This document shows positions 39,899 through 52,356 of a stretch of DNA of 64,000 nucleotides, piece by piece. The stretch is from Octopus vulgaris (Eukaryota): NCBI GenBank assembly GCA_951406725.2, contig OX597823.1:61070001-61134000 (forward strand), written 5' to 3'. The notes beneath the pieces are model-generated. The model did not search any database. It was not told the DNA's origin and was given only the letters and a program-made list of their open reading frames with translations. A program made the translations under genes and the position numbers. Each line of letters opens with the position of its first letter. Position 1 is the first letter of the stretch.

Positions 39899-40093
39899 GC
39901 CCAAATCACATGACCTCTTTACTAATGGAGGTAAGAATACAATCTTGGTCAACAATGGCTGTGAAAAAAATTCTGACTGGCCTTAACCAACAACTACTTT
40001 TAAACATATGCACACACACACATATATACACACACATATACATATATGTATATCTACATATAACACATAAATATATATATTTATGTATGTATG

Positions 40094-40137
<44 letters not shown>

Positions 40138-42018
40138 AGAATAAATTTTAACATGCTTTTGTAGTAATTAGATAGATATCTTCATTGAGAAAGGAAGAAA
40201 AGATTTTTCTTGTAGATAAATAGCAAAAATTTCTAAAGATAGACAAACCAAAATTTGTTTAAATAGCTTTTTACTAATACTACCACAACAGTGTGTGTGT
40301 AAATATATATATAAACTATTTAATAAATCTCAATTAATTCTCACTCACAGAGTAGATGTATTATTACTAATAATTATTGTTGATCTTTATTGAAACTAAA
40401 TTTGGAAACTGAACTTCTAATAAGTCAAAAATGGAGCCTGTGCATGGTTGATTCACCAGCTAGAAATAACAGCCAGAAATCCCTCAAATTATGTTTTAAA
40501 TAAAGTAGCATTAGATGTGGTAGAAATATTGAATAGACACAACTGAAATGCTTTGATCATAGGTCTGCTGCATGTCAGGGTTGACCTGAGGTTTAACAAC
40601 ACCAAGTGAACTCTTAAACATCTCGAGCAAATTTATGGTATATTTCTGGTATTTAATGTCAAGTTGATGTTTGGTTGAATGACTTGTTTACCATTGCATA
40701 GGAAGTAATATGAAAATCTTGTTTGGGTTTGTCTGAATTACAACTTACATTGCAAAACAAGGTAATCCATGCACACATACACACGTATTGTTCAACAGAG
40801 ACATGCATTTGATTGGTCATTCTCTGACCATTTTCAAATACCTATATCTTATTTCTACAATATTCTTTAGCTATAATTGAGCTTAGGATCTTAATTTCCA
40901 AATAAAGACACAGTGCTAATTCACTATGCCACAAACTGTTGCCTAACTTATAAGGGGACTGAAATCTTATAATTGAAAGAAAAATTCTTTGCATAAATTT
41001 CACAGAAGCAATGTATTTTACGCCTGTAGATACTTATGTACACAAACACTTTGTGCTTGAATATGATTAGAGAATCACACAGATTAATAGTTCTGATATG
41101 TGGTTTTCAGTTCAATCTCACTACACACCACCTTGGGCAATCATCATCTGCCATGGACTCATAGCAACCAAAGCCTTGTGAGTGAAGTTTGGCAGACTTA
41201 TTCTTGGGTGGTAGTCTTAAGCTCTCACTCAGTTTAACACTACTGTTGTGCCCATTGGTCCAAACATTTTAGTAAGACTCTCCTGGTCTGAGGATAACTT
41301 CTCCTCAAGGGAGACCCTGAGAAGGGTTTAGTAGGGTTTATGGCTGCTGCCCTATTTACACTAAGCCATTAACAAAAAAAAAAGCCAAAATTATTCTTGT
41401 AATAAATCAAAATAAAACTACTTTAGTTACCTAGTTTAGGTTTATTTACTTAGAGGCCAAGAATTGCAATGTCCCATTAATGTAGTGGTTACCACAGCTA
41501 TAAGCTTTACAACAGACATAGCATCTGAATCCCAAGGATAATGTTACAACTTTTTCCATTTTCTATATTTAAATTTATATACAGTCTAGATGTTAGGTAA
41601 TCATCCACACACATGATGTTGGCCTATATAGATGTTTATTGGAACAATACAACACCGGTGGGGCTAGTTATCATTTGTTGTAATTACAGTTGTAGTGTTA
41701 GGTGTAATAGCAGTGATTACCGTAGGTGCTGTTGTGCCAGTGAATCAAATGTGCTACATTGGATATATATATTATTGAGAAAGCAGTTACTCATTTTCTA
41801 TCTGAAAAATTCAAAGCATAAAAATTATGTAATATTGTTTAAAGTAGAATCACTTCAATAAAAGGAAGTTGTAATATTATTATTAAAAGAAATAACTCCT
41901 CAGATCAAAAACTCTTTATTGACAGAAAATAACTTGGAGGTTTGTAAGAATGTTCTAAATTTCAGTTTGTATGCAAATGAGAACTACATCTTTCCATCAT
42001 TAATATGTAGTTTTCAGA

Positions 42019-42231
42019 AGGCGATGAGCTGGTAGAAACGTTAGCATGCCAGGTGAAATGCTTAGCAGTATTTCATCTGTCTTTACGTACTGAGTTCAAA
42101 TTCCGCTGAGGTCGACTTTGCCTTTCATCCTTTTAGGATCAATAAATTAAGTACCAGTTGCATACTGGGGTCGATCTAATCAACTGGCCCCCTCCCCAAA
42201 AATTTCAGGCCTTGTGCCTAGAGTAGAAAAG
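42019..42231 (+). mobile_element. SINE family B, full length, with a perfect 17-bp TSD
   Basis: TSD aatatgtagttttcaga at 42002-42018 and 42232-42248. Confidence 0.95.
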
Positions 42232-43454
42232 AATATGTAGTTTTCAGATTTTTTAATTATTGTTGATAATTGAATCCATATCTGATGGCTTATAAAAGTG
42301 CATCAACTTAAAACATTCACCTCAATGCTGGTTGACACTCATTTGAACCATTACTTGCCTGTAATCCAAACCCTGACTTTGTTTTTATAAGTTGCTGATT
42401 GATTTCTGGGACAATTTTTTTGGTGGGGCTTCTTAAACTGTTAAATTCAGTATACTAGAATTTTTTTTTTATCATTTTACACTTTGAACTGAAGAAAACA
42501 TATTTTATTCTTCCCAAAAAGTTTAAGTGAGGACTATAAATAGTAAAATAGTTTCTTCAAGTTGTTAATAACTATTTTAATATATAATACCTTTATTTAG
42601 TTAGAACTTTGTTAATAATTTCAAGTATTGTAGGGGTGGTGGATAGGGTGCATAATGATTATATTAAGGTTAAAGCTGATCGCATATTTGTTGTTACTTT
42701 ATTATAAGTCTGGCCAAAAAATTTAAACTTATAAAATTGCAGATATTTCTATATCTATTATATAGTTTTATAATTACTAGTAACAAATCATTAAAAGAAA
42801 ACTACCTTTAAATGACTGAGATGGAGAGAACATTTCCTTCTCTGTTGAGAAGTTTCTCAGAAATAAATTCATTGTATACTTAAATATTTTTTTTCTTGTC
42901 TAACTAAATTAAAATCTTAAAGTTTAACAGAGAAAATTTATTTATTTTCATTTTTGTTTTGGTTTTAATTTCAAATCAAAGTATCCGAAGGGATATCACA
43001 TTATTACTGTACATGGGACATTTACAAAACTTAAGTTAGGTAGTTAAATGGCATTGTCATTAGATACAGCATCCAGTTAAGCTGAAGCTTACCTCTTATT
43101 TTTATATATAATAGAATAAAGCAAAAAGTCTTCATTGTGTGACATACGGACTTGTTTATGGTAACTTATGGTATTATTAAGATAAGGAATAAATACTATT
43201 TTAAATTGCTGTTCATGGTGCCACCAGATGACTAATTCTATCTCCATAAAAGTCAGAGGCAAGTGCGTACATGCTCTCACTTCTCTTGGCAGCAGTTGTC
43301 ATTGATAACAATTTGATGACACTTGTATGGGTCAATATAAAATATAGATTTATACATACACTATATATATATAAAGAGATAGGTAAAAGTGCTGTCAACA
43401 TGGGCTTTCATCTTTCTTTTCCTCCTATACTAATACATGAGGCAGGCATAACAA

Positions 43455-43670
43455 TTAACTCTTTAACACTCAGATTATTCTGTCAAATGTAATATTCTAA
43501 TTGTTTTGAATTAATCAGGCATTATCTTATAGCTTTGATATTTTGATTATGTCGTTATTTTTAGAAAGGCATTGTAGGATAGGTGCAAGAGACCAGATCT
43601 GGCTGGTTTGAACATAAAGCAGGTAGAATATTTGGCCTGGATGTGGTTGGTTTAAATCCTAAAAGGGCAA
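43455..43670 (-). mobile_element. TTAA/piggyBac-type MITE copy
   Basis: Reverse-orientation homolog of 53384-53574, starting ttaactctttaacactcagattattctgtcaaatg. Confidence 0.85.
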
Positions 43671-44118
43671 CATATACCCACACTCTACATTATTTTTATG
43701 ATCTAGATAATCTATTGGCTATTTTTTAGCATTGTAAAGTAAAATACATCAAATTCTGAAGTGTGAGCAAAGAATTAATGTTACATGCATTGAATGAATA
43801 ATGTTCACTTCAGTTTTCCCATGAAGGGAGCAAAATATTCTAATTAATATATTTTGTACATTCTTTCATCTATAATTACGCATTTTTTTTTTACCCTCTG
43901 CTGTTTTTAATTATCTTTGGATATGAATTTAATTATCTTCTCTTTCAAATGAAAATATAGCGAACCAGCTTATAGTTAAGGTCAAGCCAATGGGGGGAAA
44001 ACCACTGAATTGTTACTAAACTTGTTAGAAATAGCAGCTAATTACCCTCAAAATACCCTAGCATATTGAAATTAAGACTCTTTGGATAATTAACTGGGAG
44101 TGCTTTATGCCTATAAAA

Positions 44119-44154
<36 letters not shown>

Positions 44155-47100
44155 TTAATTACCATGGTTGGAATGGATTTTATCATAGATCTATCATGAT
44201 AGACCTATAGTTAAACAACAGCAGCTTATAGTTAAGGGGATACCAGACACTAAGAAAATTAATTTTAGTATAAAGTTGGTAGTACAGTAGATTATGTAAA
44301 CTTAAAATGAAAGTGTTTGATTGGTCCTGTTGTAAAACATCCTTTCAAAGAAATTGCTAAAATGCTATGAAAATGCCTACTAAGGTATTCAAGTTTTGTT
44401 TATTCTTAACTAATATTGCAATTGAGGGTTTGCTTTTGATTCAAGAACAAATTTTTGTTTAGCTAATGTTATCATGTAGTAATTGTCTTATAGTGGATTA
44501 ACAGTGAAGTCATTACGAATTATTGAACAGTTGCTATACAAAAGAATTGTTAGTGTTTTATGACAGTTGCTGTAATATCCTTACTAGATAGACTAAAGCA
44601 CTATTAACTTAGTTTACAATGAAAACATTGTCAGTCCCTGCTCAAAAACAGAGCACATGCCCTTTTAATATTAATTGCTTTTTTTTACCATTTTATGTTT
44701 GACTCCTGCTTACATTGCATGTTTTAACACTTCAGCTCTCGTCTTGCATCACTCACACTCCATTTCGATGTAGCCATTAATATTATTATTATAATTCAAG
44801 ACCATTACCCTGGCCCCAACTTCTTATTCAAAAGACAAGAAAATGAAAGGTAAACAGTTGGTGAAAGCTGGTACCCTTTTAAATGTTAATAGTTTCTTTC
44901 TTTGCTCTGTTTCTGTTTCCTTTCTTCTTGCTTAGTTCTCTTGACATGTGTGCTTACTCTATTCAAGTCAGCATACTTTAAACATTTTCCTTTCATTTTC
45001 AAAGCGTTTTTATTCTAGTGTTTTCTATTTATCAACAAAAGTATTTGAAAACCAATTTTTAAATCTGTTGTGGGATTTATTAGTTAATTTATTAATTTAT
45101 TTATTATTATCATTTATTTATTTAATTTTTAAAAAAATACATTAGAATTTTTCTTTATATCTCTCGGTTTTATTTTATTGTCTGTGGTATGTTAGTAAAA
45201 ATTAGTGTTTACCAGTGACTGACAGATTACACACACAGTCTGTGCTTCATTTCTTTTTGTTCTTTTCTTACTGTATATTTAAACTCACTTTTCAGCATTA
45301 CTTTTACAAACGAAGGATGACAATTGCCCTTTGTGTATGACTGGAACATTTATTTAGTTGTCTATCTGTTACATTTTGATAGCTTGTTAAAACACCTTTC
45401 TTCAGTTAATAACTAACGAGTTATGTAACTTTTAAATGCTGTGATAAGATAAGCTATTGAGCTGGGTTGCAAACATTTCTATTGGGTCTCCGATAAATCT
45501 AGTGTTGATTCCCCCCTCCCTTCCTCATTCCCTCCCTCCCTCCATAAATGGGCATTTCCTCTTGTTCATATTTGTCTTCTTGTTAATATTAATGTCCATT
45601 ATTATTGACTTACTGCTGCACATGCATGCAAATACTTTTATTTTATGGTATCAGTTGTATAATTTCCATTGATCTTTCTCCTCAAACCCTCTCTAGTTCT
45701 CCTTTTTTTTTAAACAGTAACAAACTGCAGATATGATTTTTTTTTCTTTTTTTTTTTTTTTTTTAAAAATGTGGGACCAGACTTAAGAAATATTAACTAT
45801 TTGCTCAGGTCTTATTCAGATTTAACATCTTATTTCTGTGTTAATAAAACACGATAAAATTCTTTTGAGACAATAACTACTGGAGCAGTTTTGTTTCCAA
45901 AACCCTATTTTGTTTTTCCTCAGTGTTCAGTATTAAAACAGACTTAATTAATCTAAGGGAAGACACCATCTCTAGCATATTATTTTGAATAATAAAGAGT
46001 GTTTTAAGCTCTTATATTCACATCATTAAAAACAACCATCACCACAAAGTTGGCTAAAACATGTACAAGAATCCAATAATTAATTCATATCACCCTTCCT
46101 CTTTTTTTTTCTCCCAAGTAGTGTCATTCATATGATATAAACAGTTCAATGAAATATCAATGCTACAATCCTGAATATAGATACAGAGTGTGTTAATACA
46201 CACATACACACTCACACACACATACACACTCACACACACATGCACACACACACACACACACATTCAAAGTTTAACTAAACATGAGATAAAAAAAAAAGTT
46301 CATTTCAGTTTTCCAATAAATGTGTAAATAGAGAAAGTATTGTTTGTTTCTACAAAATTTTGGACATATGAATAGAGTGAATGCTGCAATATACACAGAG
46401 CATTGAAGTCTTAAGCTTTTTGATATTTTGCTAAAAGAGCATATAAAACTAAATTTGATGCTGCACCTTATTTGCATGTAAATGCATATTTGCATAAGAA
46501 GAACTGCTACAAAATAATTGCATTAAATTACTCTGCTGTTGGAAGGCAAACATACAGTGACAAAATTATAGGGGTGGATAGCCAAGACAGTGGTCAATAG
46601 TTATCCCGATATCATTATTACAAGCTAAATGCTAAACAATGAATGCAAAACAACACAATAATATGAGAAAAGCCTTCTTGTGTATTCCATACATACTTGT
46701 ATATATTTCCAAAGGTTTCAAATTTGTGAAAGCCTCTGTTGTGATAATTTCAAACTCCCCCCTCCCCTTCCTTCACATGATATGTTTCATTTGAAATAAT
46801 TACTTTTTAAAAATATGGTTTTATAATTGATATGTTCTTATATGAAATGTTGGTGTCTCCCCTTAATGCTAGATTCTTTTGTGTGTTCTCCGATCCCCCC
46901 ACAAATTTTGTGTCAAAAATATTTAATAATAAAGAAAGAAAGAAAAAAAACAAAAGAAGGCCTAGGAATTATTGCTAGACATTTCATTTGCTTTTATAAA
47001 ATATATATGTGAAAGTCAGTTGATGCTGACATCTGTCCAGTCAGTTTTAAAGGTGATGGTGTTGGTAGGGGAGGGGTTTGAATCTCCCTTTGAATCTTTT

Positions 47101-47847
47101 TTTTTTTCGGAGACCCCCAGTAAATCACTCATTCAATGCTAGATGCAAATAAATAAGAGTACATCCGCTGCAGTAATATCACATTACGATATCGTTGCAG
47201 ACTGTATAAAATGGAAAAAAAGAAAAAAATCTAAAAACAAAAATCAAAAAAATCCATCTTTTTCTATTTTATTTTTGATTTGATTTTTTTTTTAAATAAA
47301 TATATATTCGTAAGTTCCCCCACCCCATCCCCCCAAAAAAACTCCTTTCCTTATGTCCAGTGGGTGAGACAATTATTTTTTTTTTTCCATTTTTTTTTTG
47401 GTTTTTTGCTTTTCTTCAAAGACTATCTGTAACAAATGTCTTCAGTAGCCAAGTACAACCCTGCCCATGCCATACCCCCATTCATCTACCCTGTTGGTTT
47501 CATTGGTGAATTGTTTTCTGGGTGTTTGTTCTGTTATGTACCCTTTACTTGGCTTAAGGGTATACCCCCTGATTGGATCCCATTTGCTTGCTACCAGTCA
47601 GTTAGGCATGCCCATTTAAAATACCTCAGACTTTTGCAATACTTCGGTATGGCTTTTCATTCTCATTAGTCTGATTGATTGTATATCGAAATAAAAAGTA
47701 TTGGCTAGTTATTCCTGTTGTTGTTGTTGTTACTATTATTATCATTATTATTATTATTTGTGTGTATGTGGCAGACTAGCAGGAGTGCTTCCAATAACTA
47801 ATTTTTTACTAACAATGCAGCTCTATCATGCCTCTCTGTTTGTCTGT

Positions 47848-47885
47848 CTCTCTCTCTCTCCCTCTCTCTCATATCTCTCTCTCTC

Positions 47886-47952
<67 letters not shown>
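47848..47952. repeat. (CT)n microsatellite
   Basis: Direct inspection. Confidence 0.95.
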
Positions 47953-47957
<5 letters not shown>

Positions 47958-47959
47958 AT

Positions 47960-48750
47960 TTTATCTTTTACTTGTTTCAGTCATTGGACTGCGGCCATGC
48001 ATGCTGGGAGCATTGCCTTGAAGGCTTTAATCAAACAAATCGGTCCGAGTACTTATTTTTAAAACCTGGTACTTAATCTATCAGTTTCTTTTGACAAACT
48101 GCTAAGTCACAGAGATGTAAACAGACCAACATTAGTTGTCAAGCAGTGGTGGAGACACACACACACATTCATCGACACATATGTATGTGTACATGTATAT
48201 ATATATATATACTAAAAGGGTTAAGATCCCCTTCGATCATGAATGACCATAGGATTGTACCTACAGAGTTCCCCTCTGAAGCACAAATCTGGACAAGGTT
48301 GTTTATGGAAGACAAGCAGTTGCCCATGCATACCAGCCTCCCCTCTCCATGCCACCGATGTCATCCAAAGGAAAGGCAAAGTCTGATAAAGCTTGGCACC
48401 ATTGATGTTGCAACTCGTTTCTAAAGCTGAGTGAACAGGAGCAACTTGAAATGAAGTGTCTTGCTCAAGAACACAACACACAGCCCAGTCTGGGAATCAA
48501 ACTCATTACCTCATGATTGTGAGCTTGATGCTCTAACCACTGAGCCATGCATCTTCACACATACACTCACACACACACACAACACACAACAGGCTTCTTT
48601 CAGTTTCTGTCTGCCAAATCTACTCACAAGGCTTTGGTGACATAGGCAAGTATTTTCTATTATAAGCCTAAGATACCATGCAGTGGGACTGAACCCAAGA
48701 TCACATGGGTGGAAAACAATCTTCTCATATACATAGTCACACTTATGCCT
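47960..48750 (-). mobile_element. SINE family A interrupted at its internal microsatellite by a family C SINE (about 48213-48557)
   Basis: A tail at 47960-48160, a full family C copy, then the A head at 48590-48750. Confidence 0.88.
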
Positions 48751-48870
48751 ATATGTATATACACATTCAATGCATTTCTCTAATTACCACCGAATATATT
48801 CTGTTTCACATGTCAGCTCTACATTATAGACGAAACAATATATTTTGTTGGACACACTATTATGCATAAA

Positions 48871-49479
48871 CCCTTGGGCATTTAATCCAACCATATCTGG
48901 CCCAAATTTTTTCAGAGGTGCAATGGCCCAGTGGTTAGGGCAGCGGACTCGCGGTTTCGATTCCCAGACCGGGCGTTGTAAGTGTTTATTGAGCGAAACC
49001 ACCTAAAGCTCCACGAGGCTCCGGCAGGGGATGGTGGTGATCCCTGCTGTACTCTTTCACCACAACTTTCTCTCACTCTTACTTCCTGTTTCTGTTGTAC
49101 CTGTATTTCAAGGGGCCGGCCTTGTCACTCTCTGTGTCACGCTGAATATCCCCGAGAACTACGTTAAGGGTGCACGTGTCTGTGGAGTGCTCAGCCACTT
49201 ACACGTTAATTTCACGAGCAGGCTGTTCCGTTGATTCGGATCAACCGGAACCCTCATCGTCGTAACCGACTGAGTGCTTCCATCTGGCCCAAATATTCTA
49301 CCCATTTTGTCTTTAAACTGCCCAGATCTAACCTCTTACACTTACCCTATGATGTCGTTTTAAAAATATACAAACACACCATTAAAATCTTGAAGCTGCA
49401 AAATAATGCATGATTAATTCAAAACAATGGGAATAAATATAAGCCTTACATTTGACAAAGAAATCTGAATGTTAAAAGG
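48871..49479 (+). mobile_element. TTAA-type MITE carrying a nested SINE
   Basis: The MITE start ccctt.ggcattta..ccatatctggcccaaat resumes at 49282 and ends gaatgttaaaagg-ttaa. Confidence 0.85.
48908..49281 (+). mobile_element. Young tRNA-derived SINE family D with a 13-bp TSD
   Basis: TSD atctggcccaaat at 48895-48907 and 49282-49294. A-box tggcccagtgg, B-box tttcgattccc, CpG-rich. The tail is shared with 61605-61745 and 62945-63266. Confidence 0.93.
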
Positions 49480-49549
49480 TTAAATGTACTAGCCCTTTGA
49501 GTTCTCTACTCTAAGTGACAGGACCATGTTCCTATAAAATTGTCATCCA

Positions 49550-49892
49550 AACCACACAGTTCTGGTTTCACTCCCATTCATGCCACTTTGGGCAGGTATC
49601 TTCTACTATAGACCCAGGTTGACCAAAGCCTTATTAGTGGATTTGATAGACAGAAACAGAAAAAAATGTGTGTGTGTGTCTTTGTCTTGACATCATGTAA
49701 TAGTTACAAATGAGTGTCACTGTCACACAAGCAGTATCGTTCGTTTCCAATATGCGGCAGCGCCATGGAGAAGTTTTACCTTGCATGTAAACAGTTGAGG
49801 ATTGATGGCAAGAAGAGCATCCGGACATAGAAAATCTGCCTCAAATAAACTCCGTCTGACCCACGCAAGCATAGGAAAGTGGATGATGATGA
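49550..49892 (+). mobile_element. Family A head joined to an alternative (RTE-type) 3' tail
   Basis: A head up to about 49680, then ..gaagagcatccggacatagaaaatctgcc..gacccacgcaagcataggaaagtgga(tga)n. The same tail occurs at about 51250-51435 and, decayed, at about 13110-13210. Confidence 0.75.
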
Positions 49893-50477
49893 CAATAGTT
49901 TATGGTAGCTGATCAAATGGCCAATAGCTGTGGAGTTTCTCCAATGTATAACCTTTTCCTCAGATAGGAAGAAACTCTCTGAAGAATTAACTGCACCGTA
50001 AGAAAGTGAGGAAGGGTTTCATATTCACAGGTGACCAAAATTGAAGTATAAAAGTATTACAGTCAGCTATGGTATTGAGTACATTTTCTCTCATTATTGC
50101 CAGTGATTATGCATAGAGGCACAGATGTGTCTGTGTGGCTGAGAAGCTTGCTTTCTAACCATGTGGTTCTGGGTTCAGTCCCACCGCATAGCGGCTTTGG
50201 TGAGTGTCTTCTACTCTAGACTTGGATCAACCAAAGCTTTGCCAGTGTTCTAACCTGCAAGAACTCACGCATTATAAATACCAAAAGCATGCATATATAT
50301 GTACGCCTACATGCATGCAACAGATAAAACATACATGCATGCATATATGCTCTTCCAGACAAACGCACATGTACTCATGTTTATACATAAATGCAAGAAT
50401 GTACATACGTATGTATACACACCCACACATGCATCCAAGACACAAAAACTGAAAGAAACGTACTGTATTCTTTCATT

Positions 50478-51235
50478 CTTTTCCTTGTTTCAGTCATTTG
50501 ACTGCAGCCATGCTGGAGCACTACCATAAAGGGGTTTTTAGTTGAGGAAATCAACTCCAGAACTTATTCTTTGTAAGGCTAGTATTTATTCTATTGGCCT
50601 CTCAGCCGAACTGCTAAGTTATGGGGACGTAAACACACCAGCATCAGTTGCCAAGTGATGGTGGCGGGGACAACACAAATACAAAGACACACACAAATAA
50701 ATATATATATATATATATACTGGAGTGGCTGTGTGGTAAGTAGCTTGTTTACCAACCACATGGTTCTGGGTTCAGTCCCACTGCGTGGCACCTTGGGCAA
50801 GTGTCTTCTACTATAGCCTCGGGCCGACCAAAGCCATGTGAGTGGATTTGGTAGATGGAAACTGAAAGAAGCCCATCGTATATATGTATGTGTGTGTGTT
50901 TGTGTGTCTGTGTTTGTCCCCTTAGCATTGCTTGACAACCGATGCTGGTGTGTTTATGTCCCCGTCACTTAACAGTTCGGCATAACAGACCGATAGAATA
51001 AGTACTGGGCTTACAAAGAATAAGTGCCAGGGTCGAGTTTCTCGATTAAAGGCGGTGCTCCAGCATGGCCACAGTCAAATGACTGAAACAAGTAAAAGAG
51101 TATATATATACAGCAGACTTCTTTCAGCTTCAATCTACCACTCACAAGGCTTTGGTCAGCCCAAGGCTATAGCAGAAGCCACTTGCCCAAAGTGGCATGT
51201 GATGGGACTGATACCAGAATCATGTGATTGGAAGA
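50478..51235. mobile_element. Full-length + strand family A SINE (50722-51100) nested in a - strand family A copy
   Basis: A minus-strand tail (50478-50700) and a minus-strand head (51114-51235) flank the intact copy, with (TA)n on both sides. Confidence 0.9.
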
Positions 51236-51478
51236 TATATATATTGTTGTAGATGAGCATTGTACTCATACAAGTGAAGCCATTCATTTTTGAGCTTCCA
51301 TGAAAACATGTTTGACCATGTAGAAATATTATCTTATTTGCAAACTGGTGACAAGAAGAGCCTCCAGCTGTAGAAAATCTGCCTCAACAAATTTTTGTCT
51401 GACCCAAACAAGCATAGAAAAGTAGACTTGAAAATGAGTATTATATATATATGTATGTATGTATTTATGCATGTATAT

Positions 51479-52356
51479 GAAAATGGACGAAAAACAACAA
51501 TGAGAAGTGTGTCTTTGGTGCTAAAAAGCCATTATTTAATTAGTTAAGCAAGGTGAGGTAAGAGCGACTTTACAGCTGTTTCTGTGTACCATGTTGAGGT
51601 AAATATGTATTTACCTCATTGCAAATGGTAGATGTCATCAGAATGAAGAAGGCAGAGGTAGACAAAGAGGAGAATAGAGCGAAAGATAGAGGGAGAAACC
51701 AGAAAAGAAAGTGTTCACCTACAACCTATAAGTTAGTGACGCATAGGTTTTATTAACCACACCAAATATCCCTAATTAGGGATAACTTCCTCAGATTACA
51801 CCGGCGGTCAACTAGCCAAACATGCAGACATATGGAAGTCATGCTAGTAACTAACTACGAGACCTTGGATTCAACCAACCTCTATTCTTCATCTACCTCA
51901 CAATGGATTTAATGAACTTTGAACCCAACTAAAATGTAAGACATTCGAATCATTAAATATTTTCTTTTCCGGTTTCTCCCTCTTTCTTTCGCTCTATTCT
52001 TCTCTTTGTCTATCTCTGCCGTCTTCATTCTGATGACATCTACCATTTGCAACGAGGAAATACATATTAACCTCAACATGGCACACAGAAACAGCTGTAA
52101 ACTCGCTCTTACCCTCACATTGCTTAACTAATTAAATATTGACTTTTTAGCACCAATGACACACTTCTTACTGTTGTTTTTCCTCCATTTTCTTATTGTC
52201 TGTATATACATTAAACTACAGTTTACCTTGAAAATTACCTGCAGCCATATACCTTATACCAAGGACCATATTTACTGAGGTAATTACCAGGTGTGCCTTT
52301 GGATACATCTATCCCTGAGAGGGTTTAAACATTTCTAACTTATATCTTACATAACA
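51479..52356 (+). mobile_element. Non-autonomous Penelope-like element with about 237-bp inverted repeats, each carrying a hammerhead-like core
   Basis: Arms 51479-51715 and 51956-52192 are reverse complements. CTGATGA...GAAACAGCTGTA lies at 52030-52099 (+) and 51571-51641 (-). The right arm continues as a unique tail to about 52356. The element sits in (TATG)n. Confidence 0.75.
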
